Source: Paramecium tetraurelia
Lineage: Eukaryota
NCBI GenBank assembly: GCA_000165425.1
Contig: CT868396.1
Coordinates: 270,826-334,825, forward strand
Direction: 5' to 3'
Length of the DNA: 64,000 nt
In this document: one piece after another, positions 1 through 13,757 of the stretch
How positions within the stretch are numbered: the first letter of the stretch is position 1
Layout: each line of letters begins with the position of its first letter
Made by a program: the position numbers and the translations under genes
The notes under the pieces: model-generated
What the model was told of the DNA's origin: nothing
The model's input: the letters and a program-made list of their open reading frames with translations, nothing else
The model's database searches: none

Positions 1-1544
1 AAGCACCATCAACTGAGGTGGATCCTCCTTAAAAGGAACCATCGACTAAGACTTATCCTCAACAACAACAACTTTCAACTAATATATATCCTTTTAAAGA
101 TATCCATATAAAATAGCCAGAAGCTTCAAATCCAATAGAATTAAATCAGAAAAATATTATAGAACTTAATTAATCCTTCTAGTCTTAGATATAATCTGGT
201 AGCGAATCTATTTTAGAAAAGGATTCTGAAAATTTAAATGAAATAAGATAGTCTGAAAATGAAGTATGGGAGATTGATTTTATTCTTATAACCCCAGAAA
301 TTTTGCCCTCAATAAATAAGTATACTAAAGGAACAAAGTATGGAAAAAAAATTCTAATTACAATGAAAGAATTTAATTCTATTGAATATGTAATTTAATT
401 GTTTGAAGATTTTAATTTATAAGATAAGGCTTACTTTTTAGATTTTGATGTAGCACTAGAGCTATTGGCCATTTTTGATAAATTAATTTCTTAAGAAGAA
501 GTTGAAGATGATGTTGAAAGATTAGATTCTTATATAAAGATGACATATCAGAAAAGTACTGGAAGAAAAAACTTTGGTGAATAAAAAAACTTTTTCCCAT
601 TTCAAGATAATCGATTTTTGTTTTATTTAGTTGAAAAGGATCCTGATTCAAATTAATTAATATTCTATTTCGATGAATAGCCAAATGAAGATGAAATGGG
701 GGAAGAATTCGATCAATTTTTGCAGATGTTCCAATAGATTTTCTAATGTGAAGAGTTTGAAATTTCTCAAGTGATTCTTCCACCTTAATCAAAAATAAAG
801 CTTGATTCCTTTGGAGCTGATGGAAACTATATAAAGTATATGATGACAGTTTTTACAATTATTTATGAGCAATAAAATATTTAGCGAGACATAATTATAA
901 ATGATGACACAATTGAAAGAGCATTTTGGGCTTTAAATTAATATATGGAATTATACACAGCATTGCAAGAGAATGAGGAAGATGTTAGAAATACCTTTAT
1001 TGAAATGATAGAATAGGCACAAAAGAATAATAATACTGTAATAATTAAAGCAATAGAAGAGTATTACTCAAAAGAAGGACTTGAAAATTCATCATTAGTA
1101 AAAATTATACATTATATTTTAGCAAATATAAGAGATTTATGACGACTTCTTGTAAAATAAGGTTATAAAATAAGCCTTTTTCTCTATAGATATTGTAATT
1201 TAAGAATAATAATAAAAGTATAGTCTTTATGTTCATCTATAAAAAGTAGCAAAAACTAATTTTCTAAAGGTATAATCATTAAATTTAGCTAGATATTTAC
1301 TCTAGAAAGCTATGGAGAATTCAATGAATTGATGTTTAACATGTTATTGATAAATGATGGCTTATTTACATATGAAATTTACTAAGATTTTCCAAGACAT
1401 AAAATTTTCTAAGAATATAGCGAAGTAACGCTGGGAGCATTTTACCATCTTGTAATAAAGAAAAATTTAACACCCGAAGAGGCTATGGCAAATTTAGTTT
1501 TCTCAGTAGTTCCATATAGTCTTATTTTAAAAAAATAAGAATGA
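1..1544 (+). CDS. Hypothetical protein, 5' end outside window
   Basis: Frame open from position 3 in ciliate code. Introns 1098-1122 and 1270-1292 (GTA..TAG) restore frame to TGA at 1542-1544. No family recognised. Confidence 0.7.
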
Positions 1545-2612
1545 TTTATTAACTTAAAAATAAATATATAAATTTTAAATTCTTTTATGAGTTAAATATT
1601 TGTAGTTTTGTTTGTTATAAAATCATTTATCTTAGATAAGAAAAATACAATTATTGCCAATTGCAAATCCTCAAACTATATTGTTTACAGAAATGACACT
1701 GTTAATTGAAATCACTTTGAATCCTTAAATATTCTTAATTCACTGATTTAAATAATGGAATTTACAGTATTTAGGATTAGAACCATCCGCTTTATTGTAA
1801 ATTTATCCATTAAATTATTCCAATGTTAGGTTCCACCTATTATGCATTAAATCTATCACATTTTTAATTATTTATTGAGAAATAAATAGAATTTTTTACA
1901 AAAATAGTAATGTTACTTATAAAAAAATATCACTTTTCAAATTTATTATTGCAAATTACTCATTTAGATTGTTTAGGATATATTTGAGGTAATTTCTTCA
2001 ATTACCTCAACCATTATCATGTCACTTTAAAATAAAATTGACTCACTTGGATTTAACCCTTTAATAAAAGAATAATGAAATAGTCTCATTGAAAAATAGG
2101 ATTAATTTTAAATTTCTTAATTCTTTATTTATTTTAAGAAACTTAATATTAGAAAAGCATCAAAATAAAGTGAAAGACATACTGATTTAATCGAAAAGCT
2201 CTACTATTTAATTTCAACAGTAGATTTGAGATGAATTTTTGATTCTTCTTTATCAAAAATTTGAAGAACACTTATAAATTAATGAGTTTCATTAAGGATA
2301 ATAATACGATAATAAAAAAATTATAAAAACATCAGAAAATTTAGAAGTTTTTCTATTAACCTTAGCGAAACTCATAGTTGCACTTCAGTTTTTTTCATAT
2401 AGTATATAGTATAATAAAAATATTTTTCTCAAAACTTCTGTATTTATAATGATGATTAAAGATGATTTTATTGGATTTCAATTGGTTTATTTGTTTTTTT
2501 GAATTAAGTGAGTAAAATGATATTTAATTGAGGTTTATTTTAAGGAGGTTCACTTCTTTGTGTACGTTATTTAAATATAATTATTATTTAAAGAATTATA
2601 ACACATTAATTT

Positions 2613-2982
2613 TCATTTGAACACGTAGTAAAGTGTTCCTATAAAGGCAAACAATAAAATGGTTAAAAAGATGATAATGCGTCTATCTTATTAATCTCTT
2701 GATCCAATAAGCTTGATGATTCCTTATGATAGTCCCAAATCGCCGATTGTATAATTCACTTTATTTTATATTCTCTATTTTGATAATAAGAAGTACTTTG
2801 AGAGAGTCATTTTGCCTTTTGAAGGATTCCAAGACGTCTTCCCCGATTTGCAAGCTTTCCTCAGCCAATCGATGAGAATAATTCAAAGAATTTTATTGAT
2901 CAATCATAAGCCCAACATTACTATTGCTTGAATTCTATCGGAATCCATTATTAAATGCTTTTGAGTTTGTGTTCGGTCTCAT
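2613..2982 (-). CDS. Short Qb-SNARE, membrin/Bos1/GOSR2-like (115 aa, C-terminal TM)
   Basis: SLNYSHRLAEESLQIGEDVLESFKRQNDSLK|RIQNKVNYTIGDLGLSQGIIKLIGSRDQQDRRII followed by hydrophobic IFLTILLFAFIGTLYYVFK. One 22-nt intron at 2775-2796. The LGLS..II+LI..R..QD pattern is typical of membrin. Confidence 0.8.
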
Positions 2983-3147
2983 AATTATTTTTTTGTTATT
3001 TTAATTTTTAAAATAGTTGTCATTTATTTTAATATTGTGTTACTTGTCAATGAAGAAAATCGAAGGATGAATTCTTCAAGGTTGAGATGATAAAAAATAA
3101 TACGAAAGAATATGGATTCATTTTTTGATATATAAATATTTTAATTA

Positions 3148-6100
3148 ATGAGACCTAGTTCTCGATAAAGACCTGGATCTTTGACAACTCGATATCAAAC
3201 TCCTCAAAGAACTCCATAAAGATTTAGTAAAGAGGTATATTTTTAGAGGAAGCTTAAACATTTCACATTTGATCTGAGTTCCTCTATGATCAATGAATGT
3301 ATTCCTGCAAAAAAGTAGTTGAAACCCGCAATTCACATTTAGCAGCTGGGCAATAGAATTAAGAAATTTGCATATTTGCCATTGCATTTATTTGAAGATA
3401 GTTCTTTTGACAGATTTTCTAATCAGGATTTATTTTTGAAAATATAAAGATCTGGTCCAATCACTGCATTCGTTCTCAATAATCAGAATGAATTTGTGGA
3501 GGGGAAGATCGTTGATTACAATCATCAGACCTAATTATTCAATTATCAGAGTAACGATTAATTTGGAGAAATTTCAAGACTTTATTTTCTATGTGATTTT
3601 GAAAATGTTAAACTGTATGTACAGAAATTCGAGAAGGCTTTGAATGATCGAGAGGCAATGGATAATGTATTGAGATATAATTACTACATTGATAATATGC
3701 AGACTCAAGACATTCCTGAATTGTCAGTCGATAAGATTTAGAGGATTCAAAAATTGATAGGGAAAGTTGAGTAAGGACATGCAATTTAAATTAATACCCA
3801 TTACAAGAGAGTACAAAATGAGATGCAATTAAATTCATACTTAAAACACAATAAAGATGTCTTAAACTTCTAATTGGCCATCAAAGGGACTAAACCTGTT
3901 ATCCCTGAGTTCGGGAAGATTTAATTAAAATTCAAAGAGATGATGATTGTTCATAGAGATTTTGTAGACTATCAACCAACTTCATTCGAAATGGTTAAGA
4001 AACAATTTCAAGAGATATCCCTCTTTGTTTTACCTGAGCTGATCAAATCCTTCTTCTACATAAACGAACTAAATAATTACATATGTTCCCTTGAATTACT
4101 TTATTGGGATAAGAAACCTTACTCCATCCTGCAATTGAAAGAAAAGTAGGATCAATTAGTGAGTCGTTAGTTCAAGGTCATCTCCAAATGGAGTGAAAGA
4201 ATCAAAGGAATAATGAAGGATGGTTTATAAGAATTGGAATAGAAGGGAGTGATTCTATAGGAGCATCGATTAAAAAGGATAATTTCAGTTATTAGGATAA
4301 AACAATTAGAGTCATTGTCAAAGTTAATTGTCGACAATGTGACTAATTTTAGATTAAATTTCCTTAAAAAGAAATAGAGTGTGTTTTAAATATCAGTTGG
4401 GTATTTTGGTGGTTTTTAATATTCCTTTGATGTATTAGAGATTACTAACATTTATTGCAACAGTCTTGCCAATTAGTTATTGGAATTGAGTAAGATTAGA
4501 GATCCTGAATGCATTATGAATATATCAGATCTTATGTATTTATAATGCATTTCATAAAAAGATTAATTAATTTAAGACTTTGTGGAAGAATTAACAATTG
4601 CAGTATAAAGGATTAATAGTAAGTTAATAGATCACCTGAAAAAGTACATGAAGTATCAATACATATTTGAATGGAAATTAGAGGATTTTGTGAAAGATTG
4701 CACAACTCCTGAGGATGTTTTTGATCTCTAATTATTTAAGCAACAGATATTGAAACTACAATCCTTGCAGATATAATTGACTAAGGAAATAGCTCCGACT
4801 GATTGGGTGTCTATTTTCATCATTGACAATACACATCTATTGTTTTAAATCAACCAATTATTGGAGAAGAACATCTTCTAAATGATGGAGTACATTTCAG
4901 GTTTAGCCAATAATCAAATAAAGGAGACTACTCTACAATTTCAGAAGCTCATGTTGATGATTAAGAAATAGAACAATGATATCATTGGATTGGAGAATCA
5001 CAGAAATTTCTTGAATCATGGAGTTGCTGAGAACATTCATCAATTAGAAATAAATATTAAGGAAACTCTTAAGGTTTATGAAATATTGGATGAGTTGTCG
5101 TATATAAGTTCTTCTGAGTAGATGAAAGAGAGATGGAATCTGTTATCATATGTTAATATGTGTAAATAATAGATAACTGAGAGTTTAGAGGATTTGATGG
5201 AGAAGAGAATTCAATAGAAGTACGATTTCCAGTAAGAATTATTGCATTTCAAGTACACAATTGATGATTCAGAACGTAAAATCAATAATTTTGTTAAAAA
5301 TTTCAGTGTGAACCAGACGAATGACCAGACCTTTATGAAGGAATTATTGGATCTGAAACAATAGGCAGTTTTAATGAATCAATATGAAACAGTGTTTAAT
5401 TTGTAATAGAGTAATTTTGGGAAAATAGATTTCATTATTCAACAACTTTAGCCTCTGGAGAATTTGTAGAGGTTGATGAAACAATGGAAGAACAATACTT
5501 GGATGTAGATGAAGATAAGTGAGTTGAATACTAAACAAATTTAGGAGTTCACAGAGAATAGTTTAATTGAATTATAAGAAATATTGGTATTTTCAAATGA
5601 GAAGAGGATGACATCAATTACACAATTATCATAGAGTTTATTATTAGAAATCAAGGAATTCAGTCCACATTTGCCATTAATATTAGCATTGACAGAACCA
5701 GGGATGAGACAAAGACATTGGGATCAATTAAATAAATTGATTGCTCAATAAGTGGATTATGCTAGCAAATCTCTATAAGAACTATTAAACCTTTTTCATT
5801 AGGATATTCGAAAATAAGTCATCGAAATTAGTTTTATCGCAAAATAAGAATTGATTGTTGAGTAGACATATTTGCAATTGTGTCATGACTTTCACAATTT
5901 GACTGCTTAGATTATTAAACCTAGGATTTAGTTACAGAATTTCTAATTCAATAAGTTGGTGAATTTGGATTAATTATTCTAAAAATTGGATGATTCCTTA
6001 TGCTCTCTCAGTATAATATTGCAATCGAAGTATCATGATCCTTGGAAACAAGAGTTGGCCTAATTGGAAAGTCAAATGATATACACTTAAACTATAGTGT

Positions 6101-9100
6101 AATAATTTGATTAGATGCAATAATTGTTTTAATACATCCATCCGGTGTTTTTGTAGAATGATTTATAAAAATAATTGCCTATTGAAGTTTCTAGATTCAA
6201 GGGTGTGGAGAAGTTTTGGAAGATGTCAACCAATGAATTCTCAGGATAATAGATCCATAAGTATAAATCTAATTAAATTGAAGAGTAAATTCACAAATTG
6301 TAGATGATTGAGAAATCATTAAGCAATTATATCGATAAGAAGAGAGAGATATTTCAGAGATTTCACTTTCTATCCAATCAGCAAATCTTGCTCATACAAA
6401 GCAAAGCCACTAAACCCAATGACTTCATTGATTAGATATTCCTATTCAATAAAGTAGAGATGGATGAAGATGGAATCACTCAATTGCAAATACAGGACAA
6501 ACTTGGTAAAGTCACTGAAAGATTGAACATCGAGACTATTAAGATCTATTCCAAGAATGTGGAAGATTGGCTACATGACTTAATTCTAGTGATGAGAAAG
6601 ACCTTGAAAAATTAGATATTAAAATCTTCCCAAAGCAAACAGATTAAAATTCTTATGGACAAGATAGAGTGGACACAACACTTGGATGATTAATTTAAAA
6701 ATTACCAGGATAAACCAAATTACAAATATAAACATTTGTCATAGATTTCCCCTGATAGTTTTGAATATCAAATTCAATTGAAATATTATTTAAATGAAAA
6801 CAAAGAGATCATTATCCAATTCCTCAATTATAACTTCTCTTATGATTACGAATTCCTTTAGGAAAGCGATTTGTTCATTGAAACTCCTCAAACTGATCGA
6901 TGCTTTGCCAATTTGGCATTTGCCATAAGTTCTCAATTTGGATCGTTTCTGTATGGTAACAGTGGTAAAATAGAGACAATTAAACAATTTAGTAATTGCT
7001 TAGGAAAGTACTTCATTGTGATGAATGCAGAAATAAGCAACTATCAAATTCTTACTCATCTTTGTAAGGGAGTGAGTGCAACAGGGTCCTTCTTTGCTTT
7101 GACCAAATGTTCTGAAGTATGTTTAAATTAGTAAATTAGATGAGATTAGATCTATTATCCATATTTGTTCAGCTAGTCAAAGTATTATACTTTGCCATTC
7201 GTAATTCACTTCATCAAATTGAATTGGAAGGTTCCACAATTAAAGTTGAACCAACCTTCTCCTTCTTTTTGATTGGTGGTACTAAAAATACAATCAACTC
7301 TGAAATAAGATATTATTTTCGACCCATCTACTTCCAGAAAATAGACCTAGCTATCTTCATAGACTTTATAAGTTAAGAATATGAGTTGTATGATTCCATA
7401 ACACAGCTAAAATAATTCGTTTATCTTTACCAATCAATAAAGAGGAGTGACATTTCCATGTTCAAAATAAAGTAGATTGTTCAATAAGCCATTACCCATG
7501 GAATGTACAATGCCATCTAGATCAATTTCCAAGAACCAGAGTTCTAAGAAATCATTCATTCTATTTGGCCAAAAAAAGAGGAAATCAAACCCTAATTGAA
7601 AGATCTCCTACTAAATAATTGCTATGTATTGTTATTTGGAGAATCCTTAACAGGCAAGTCCTTATAAATCAGTCAATTGTCCAATTATCATAAGATTTAC
7701 TTGTCCTCTTATCCGTTGAGTCATTTCTTTGGATCCTTTGAATCTGAGGGTGTCATTTCTTAGATACTAAACAAGATTGGAAATAATATCCTTGTAATCG
7801 ATTGTGAATTAGATGATAAGTTAATTGAATTGTTCCTTCCATTAATTTTATTCCAACAAATCAGATTCCCAAATGGAAAATCTCTGCAATTAAACAATCA
7901 AATCATTTTTGAAACTCCAACCATCTCCAATCTGTCACCAAATGTGATCACTAAAATATCTAGCTTGTATTTGAGTGGAAATGCCATTGAAATTCCAAAA
8001 TATGCTCAGAATTTCTGTTGTCTTGCTGGCATGTATAAAAATCCTATCAGCAATAAATAACAACTGCATATTTATCAATAGATATTAAAAAAGATCAAAG
8101 GATAAAGCACTCCTGAATTTGAAACTGTATTTGCAGCAACTTGGGCATTCGGATCTGCTTTGACCGAAGAGTTGCGTATGTTACTCAATAGACATATCAA
8201 AGAAATTTGGTAATAAGAAGAGAATAAGAGCGTGGATCCTTTAACATACGACAATCTCTTTGAATACATCCTTGAGGATGGCCAACTGGTTCCGAATGAG
8301 AAGGGAACTCAAATCACTAAGCTATTAGAATTTATTCCTAATATAATATTATATGGTAATTCTGGATCTGGAAAGAGTCATTACTTGCAGAATCCTTTGA
8401 GAGTGAACTTGAATACTAAAAGTTCTGATCTCCAAAGCTTTTTATAAAGTAAATTAATTAAGAAAAGGAATGGAGTTTATTCAATAGGCAAGGTGTATAT
8501 CGATGATATCCACCTATTAAATGCTAATTCAATTGAATTTCTAAGAGAATTGACTGATAATCAAGGGTACTAGAATGTAAAATTAATTGACTTATAATTG
8601 ATATTGACATCCCAACATATTAGTGATCATAGGTATCTCAAATATTTTGTCATATATTTTTGTGAATCCCATTCCCACTAGACAATATTCTCAATACTAT
8701 AAAAAAATTAGATTTAAAATGTTGAAGACTTGATGTCTATTTATTAGAATGCACAATAATTCTTTATTAAACACTCTAGACGATTACAAGTGACTTGTTG
8801 GGATATTTGGAGATCAATTTCAAACAATCGAAATGACCCCAGTTAATTTTTGATGTAGTCTCTTTTTAATAGGATAGATGATGACGATTTAAAAATAACT
8901 TGGGTCAGTCAATAGAAGCTGTTCAAAAGTGAGGATAATGAAAATCATAACCAATTATCTATGGATGGATTAATTTAATTTTAAGCCAATAACGATATCC
9001 TTAAATATTTAATAAAATTGATGAGTAATTTTCCATCCAATAACAAACTCATCTTGTATGGTCCCTTGGGAGTTGGCAAGAAGACTATTTGCAAATTGGC

Positions 9101-12100
9101 TTGCAGGATCACAAAATTAGAGTATGTCACTGATGTGAACAGTGATCACAGTTAAAATTCAGTTCTAATTTTGGATAATCCAAATTTCAAGGAGATTAGT
9201 TAATTGGTTAATTAGAGCATTAATGTAATCCTAATAATGACCACTGAACATTTAGAGAAGTGTATTAGCAAGGGGAATTTCATGTATAAATTTTAGTTTT
9301 TACACTTTGGTGATTGGCCTGATGATGCCTTCTCAAGTAATGAGATTGGAAATATCATTTATAAGTACATGAAGCAATAGAATCATTACACTATTTCACC
9401 TCAGTCCTTTGTGAAATACAATGAATTATAAGAGAAATTGTATAAAGAGAAGGATGAGAAGTTGAAGTTGAGAATTAATCAACTATCTAATGGATTGTAA
9501 TTGTTGTATTCCGCATAGTAATAAATAAACTTGATGAATAACAAATTGAATCAAATCAGACCTATTTTAGAATAGGCAGTAAAAGATGCTTAGGATTTTG
9601 TGAGAGTGCTTTAAGAAGAGTAACATAAGTCATAGGTAATCAGGGATCAAGTTTTGGAGGATGAATAGGTTGCTGAATAGGAATAGTAAAAGGCTTCTCA
9701 ATTGCAAGAAACATGCAAACAGAGAGTGTCAAAAGTTAATGTGGAATTAGAGTAGACTCTTCAAGAAGTCCAAAAGTTGAAAAAGGAACATTTGGTGGAA
9801 ATCAAGTCTTTAGTGCAACCCACCAGAGCTGTTAAAGTGATTCTTGGAGGAGCTGTAATATTATTGTCAGATCATATCAAGTATACTGGAAACCAGGATG
9901 ATTATTTTGAAATAGCAAAGAAATATCTATTGAATGATGTAAAGGATTTATTGGATATATTGAAGAATTATAATAAGGATGCAATCAAATCAATTATGAT
10001 TCAATAGTTGGAATCAAGGATTATTAATGATGCTGATTTTACATTGGAAAGAGCCAAGTAATGTAGTTTGGCAGTCAAATACCTATACAGTTGGGTTAGG
10101 GCCATTTATGATTACCACAAGGTTGTCATGGAGACCTAGCCTATAAGAGATGAGTTGGAGGAGAGTTATCGAAGTCTGAAGGAGAAGACTGTTAATTTAG
10201 AGTAGAAGAAGAAGGAAGTCTAAGAAATTAATATGAAATTGGAGGAGTGTGAGTTTTAGGTTAAGGAGAAACAAAATGTCAAGGTGCAATTGGAGTAGTA
10301 AATAGAGGAATGTTAAACTAAAATAAAGAGATCTTTGAAATTGATTGAGGGATTCAAGGAGGAGTAGAAGAGATGGACTAATATCATCTATTAATTAAAG
10401 GGCGAACAGACTCGCAATGAAGGAGACAGTATTATAGCTACAACTTTGATTACTTATGGTGGACCATTGGTGAAAGAACATAGAAATTAAATGTATATTT
10501 ACTTGTATAAGGTGTTGAGAGATGCTGAAGTTAAATATTCAGAGAAGAGTAATTTAAATAGTTATTTTAATGAAGAGAGTGATAATTTTATATCTGAAAA
10601 TGCCAACATTCTTAACTTTTAATACAAGCCTGTGATTTTGATTGATCCTCAGAATTTAGGGAAATAATATCTAACAGAGAAATATCATTATAAAGTATTG
10701 AATGATCCCAAGAAAATCTAGAATCATTTACAATTGAAATAACCCTTTTATATTGACATCACTGATAATATTGAACTGCTTCATCACGATCCAAAGATGA
10801 TTCACTTTACTCATGAATAGAATGCAAAGTTTCAGGATCAAATTTACATCAATTATTAGATCATCAATTATACAATCACACAAGAAGCTCTAGTTGAGAA
10901 ATTGCTTAAATGTTTGATTGAAGTTGAAAATCCAACACTAGAATTAAAGAAATAACATAACCTTGATCTGTGTAACCAAGAGAAGAAGTAACTCATATAA
11001 ATTGAAAATCAGATATTGAACACTCTCCAGAATCAGAAGTCTATTGATGAATTGCTCAATAATGAGGTTATGATCAACCAATTGCACAATTCTAAATAGT
11101 TGTATGAGGAAACAACAAAAAGAATCGACATGGCCAAAAGACTCAATGAAGATATCGATCTAAGCAGAGATTAATATAGGATGTTAGCCTAATAAATATC
11201 CTTAATCTTCATTAATATTTCAAATCTACAAAGAATGAATCCAATATATCAATACAGTTTGGAATGGTTCCTTAAACAACTTATGCAACAGAGCAGTAAA
11301 ATTTAGAGACAAAATGATATTGCTTTGAATATCTAATTAATCAAGGCATAATTCTACAAAGGAATTATCAATGAAGTTAGTCTATTGCTTAATGAAGAGG
11401 ATCGACTAATATTCTGTTTTTCTATTTCTCTTGATATTTTAAGTACAAAGGGCTTAATAACTCAAGAAGAATTAGATGCCTTTTTGGGATGCCAGAATCC
11501 ATAATTGCCTCCACAATTCAAAATCGGTTGCAACCCTTGTATCTTCATTGATGATAGTGAATGGCCATCAATCAAAACCAAATTATACCACCTGAATAAA
11601 CTCTAGCCATTCCATAACATATTAGAAACTATTGAAGACTACCCCAATTAATTTAAGTAAGTGTACTTACATTAAACCTTCTCAACTGAATAACAAAAAC
11701 TGACGTCTTTTCAAAAGTTGTTATTGACTCTTGCCTTCAGACCAGATAAAGTCATCCCCATGATGATTAATATTATAGAACAGCAATTACAGTTGAAGTA
11801 CAACACCATCAAGACAAGCATCAATGAGATCCAATTCGATTCCAAAACCCCTCTTTTCATCTTCAATGATAGCAAATCTTATAGTAAATTGAGTGTCACT
11901 TTAGGGGAAGGACAATACTCCAAAGCTGAAAAGATATTAAGAGATTCCTTGGAACATGGTCACACACTGGAATTCCTGAATTGCCAATTCGCCACTCCAT
12001 TCCTGAGTGTAGTTGAACAAATTCTTGAAGAAAATCAAGCACATCCCAATTTTAAATTGATATTGTAAGCCAAAAATTGTAAATCATTTCCTATTTCGTG

Positions 12101-13367
12101 GCTCAATCGAACAGTCAAAGTGGGCTATACACAGACTAATAATATCGTATCATTACTAGCTGATTAGATAGAATCAGAAGATAAATTGGATCATCCTCAT
12201 TTCTTTAGTTTGAATCTCTTTTAAGCCATTAACAATTTAAGACACTCCTATGGATACTCCACACACCAATATCATGAAAGTGACTTAAAATTGGCTTTGT
12301 CAGATCAATTGCACTTTTCCAAAGAACTCATCTTCCAAAGCCAATTAAATGAGAATGAAATGGATCTATTTAATACTCTCTACAATAAGACTGTCTGTCA
12401 GCAATCCTTGAGAGAAGGTTTCATTTACATGGGGGGTGAACTGAAGATGATCAAATCCAACAAGCAAGGCTACTTATAGTATCTGAAAGATTTGGGGTAA
12501 GTCAATGATTTCAATTGTATTGGGTTGAATTCGAACATTCAAATACTAATTCAGATCGATATGATGAAGAGAGTGCAGCAGAATATTCAATTGATGCAAG
12601 GGACTGTTCAGAATAATCAGATTCTGTTAGAATAATTAGAGAAGTTGGAGAGATACACTCCTCTTAAGTTGTCTGATATCAAAAGTGAATCGATTGTTGA
12701 TTTGTATTACTAAGTTGAAAAAGATTAGTTTAATTAACTCATAAGTAGGATAACGGAGGATGTCAAGGCAGTGTCTGAATACATTAGAGGGGAATCGTTG
12801 ACTCCAAGACTTGAGGAGATTATATAAAGGCTGCAATTAGATGAGGTACCGGAAGAGTGGTTTAGATTGGGGGAAGTTAAGATTAAATAATTCAATCTTT
12901 GGCTCAATAAGATATTTGAGAAAGGACAGTTCTTTTCTAAATGGAATAGTCAGAAATATTACAATTTGAATTATTTTAAGAACCCAAAGCACTTTTTGAA
13001 TTTAATTAAATTGGAGTTTGCATTGAAATTCAATTGTGGTTTAGATGAGGTGGTGTTCAAGTAGATATTTTTGAAAGAACATCATTTGGAAATACTGTAT
13101 AGGCCAGATGCTGGAGTCTACATTTAAGGTTTGAAGGTTCAGGGGGCCAAATACAATGATGTGACATAAAAGATGAAAGCTTTGGGACATTTAGAATTTT
13201 AGAGTGACTTACCTGTTTTACATTTGATACCAATTTAGAAGTTAGATTTATAATTGGGATCAGTGTTTCATTGTCCGATTTTAAGGAATGAGGAGTTAGT
13301 TGAATATTTATACTTTGAAACTCAGGATCCATTGATCCTTCTGTCTGTGCAGATTAAGCTTTTGTGA
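3148..13367 (+). CDS. Divergent, shortened axonemal-type dynein heavy chain (~3,398 aa) with DNAH1-like N-terminus and degenerate AAA1
   Basis: All internal + strand ORF-track fragments fall in one frame, with a single 23-nt intron at 7117-7139. Dynein landmarks: YLPLHLFED, LRYNYYIDNM, PGMRQRHW, RFHFLSN, TPQTDRC, P-loops GESLTGKS, GNSGSGKS and GPLGVGKK, MTBD EIKSLVQPTRAVK, CSLAVKYLYSWVRA, NPIYQYSLEWF, AFRPDK. Confidence 0.9.
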
Positions 13368-13409
13368 ATTAATTAAATATATAAAAAAATTTAAATCTTT
13401 TTTAATAAT

Positions 13410-13713
13410 ATGGCTCACAGAATTCAAGAAAATGCAGGAATGATCAATGATGAAAAATAAGTCGTTGATATTTATGTTCCAAGAAAGTGCCAATATACAA
13501 ATATGATTCTGAATAGCAGTGATTACTCAAGTGTGTAAATCAATGTTGGATAAGTATTGATTGTTAATAACAAAAAAGGTTGATGAGAATGGTGTTTACA
13601 ATAAAAAGAACAACACAGTGATCTTGGCTGGATATTTGAGATAAAAGGGATAGAGTGCTTCAGCTTTGGAGGCTATTCTTAGACAAAGAGGAGTATTACC
13701 ATTCACATAATGA
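13410..13713 (+). CDS. RPS21: 40S ribosomal protein S21 (eS21)
   Basis: MINDEKQVVDIYVPRKCQYTN...DYSSVQINVGQ|VDENG...LAGYLRQKGQS. 25-nt intron at 13554-13578. Confidence 0.93.
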
Positions 13714-13757
13714 GCAATATATGATTTATGAATATATAGTACATTAATAGATTATAT

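Noticed and set aside
412..792. 126 aa minus-strand ORF, and the many similar antisense ORFs in the track (e.g. 43753-45338 +, 62488-62847 -)
   Set aside because: These are shadows of genes on the opposite strand that are only visible with the ciliate code, and they show no independent motifs.
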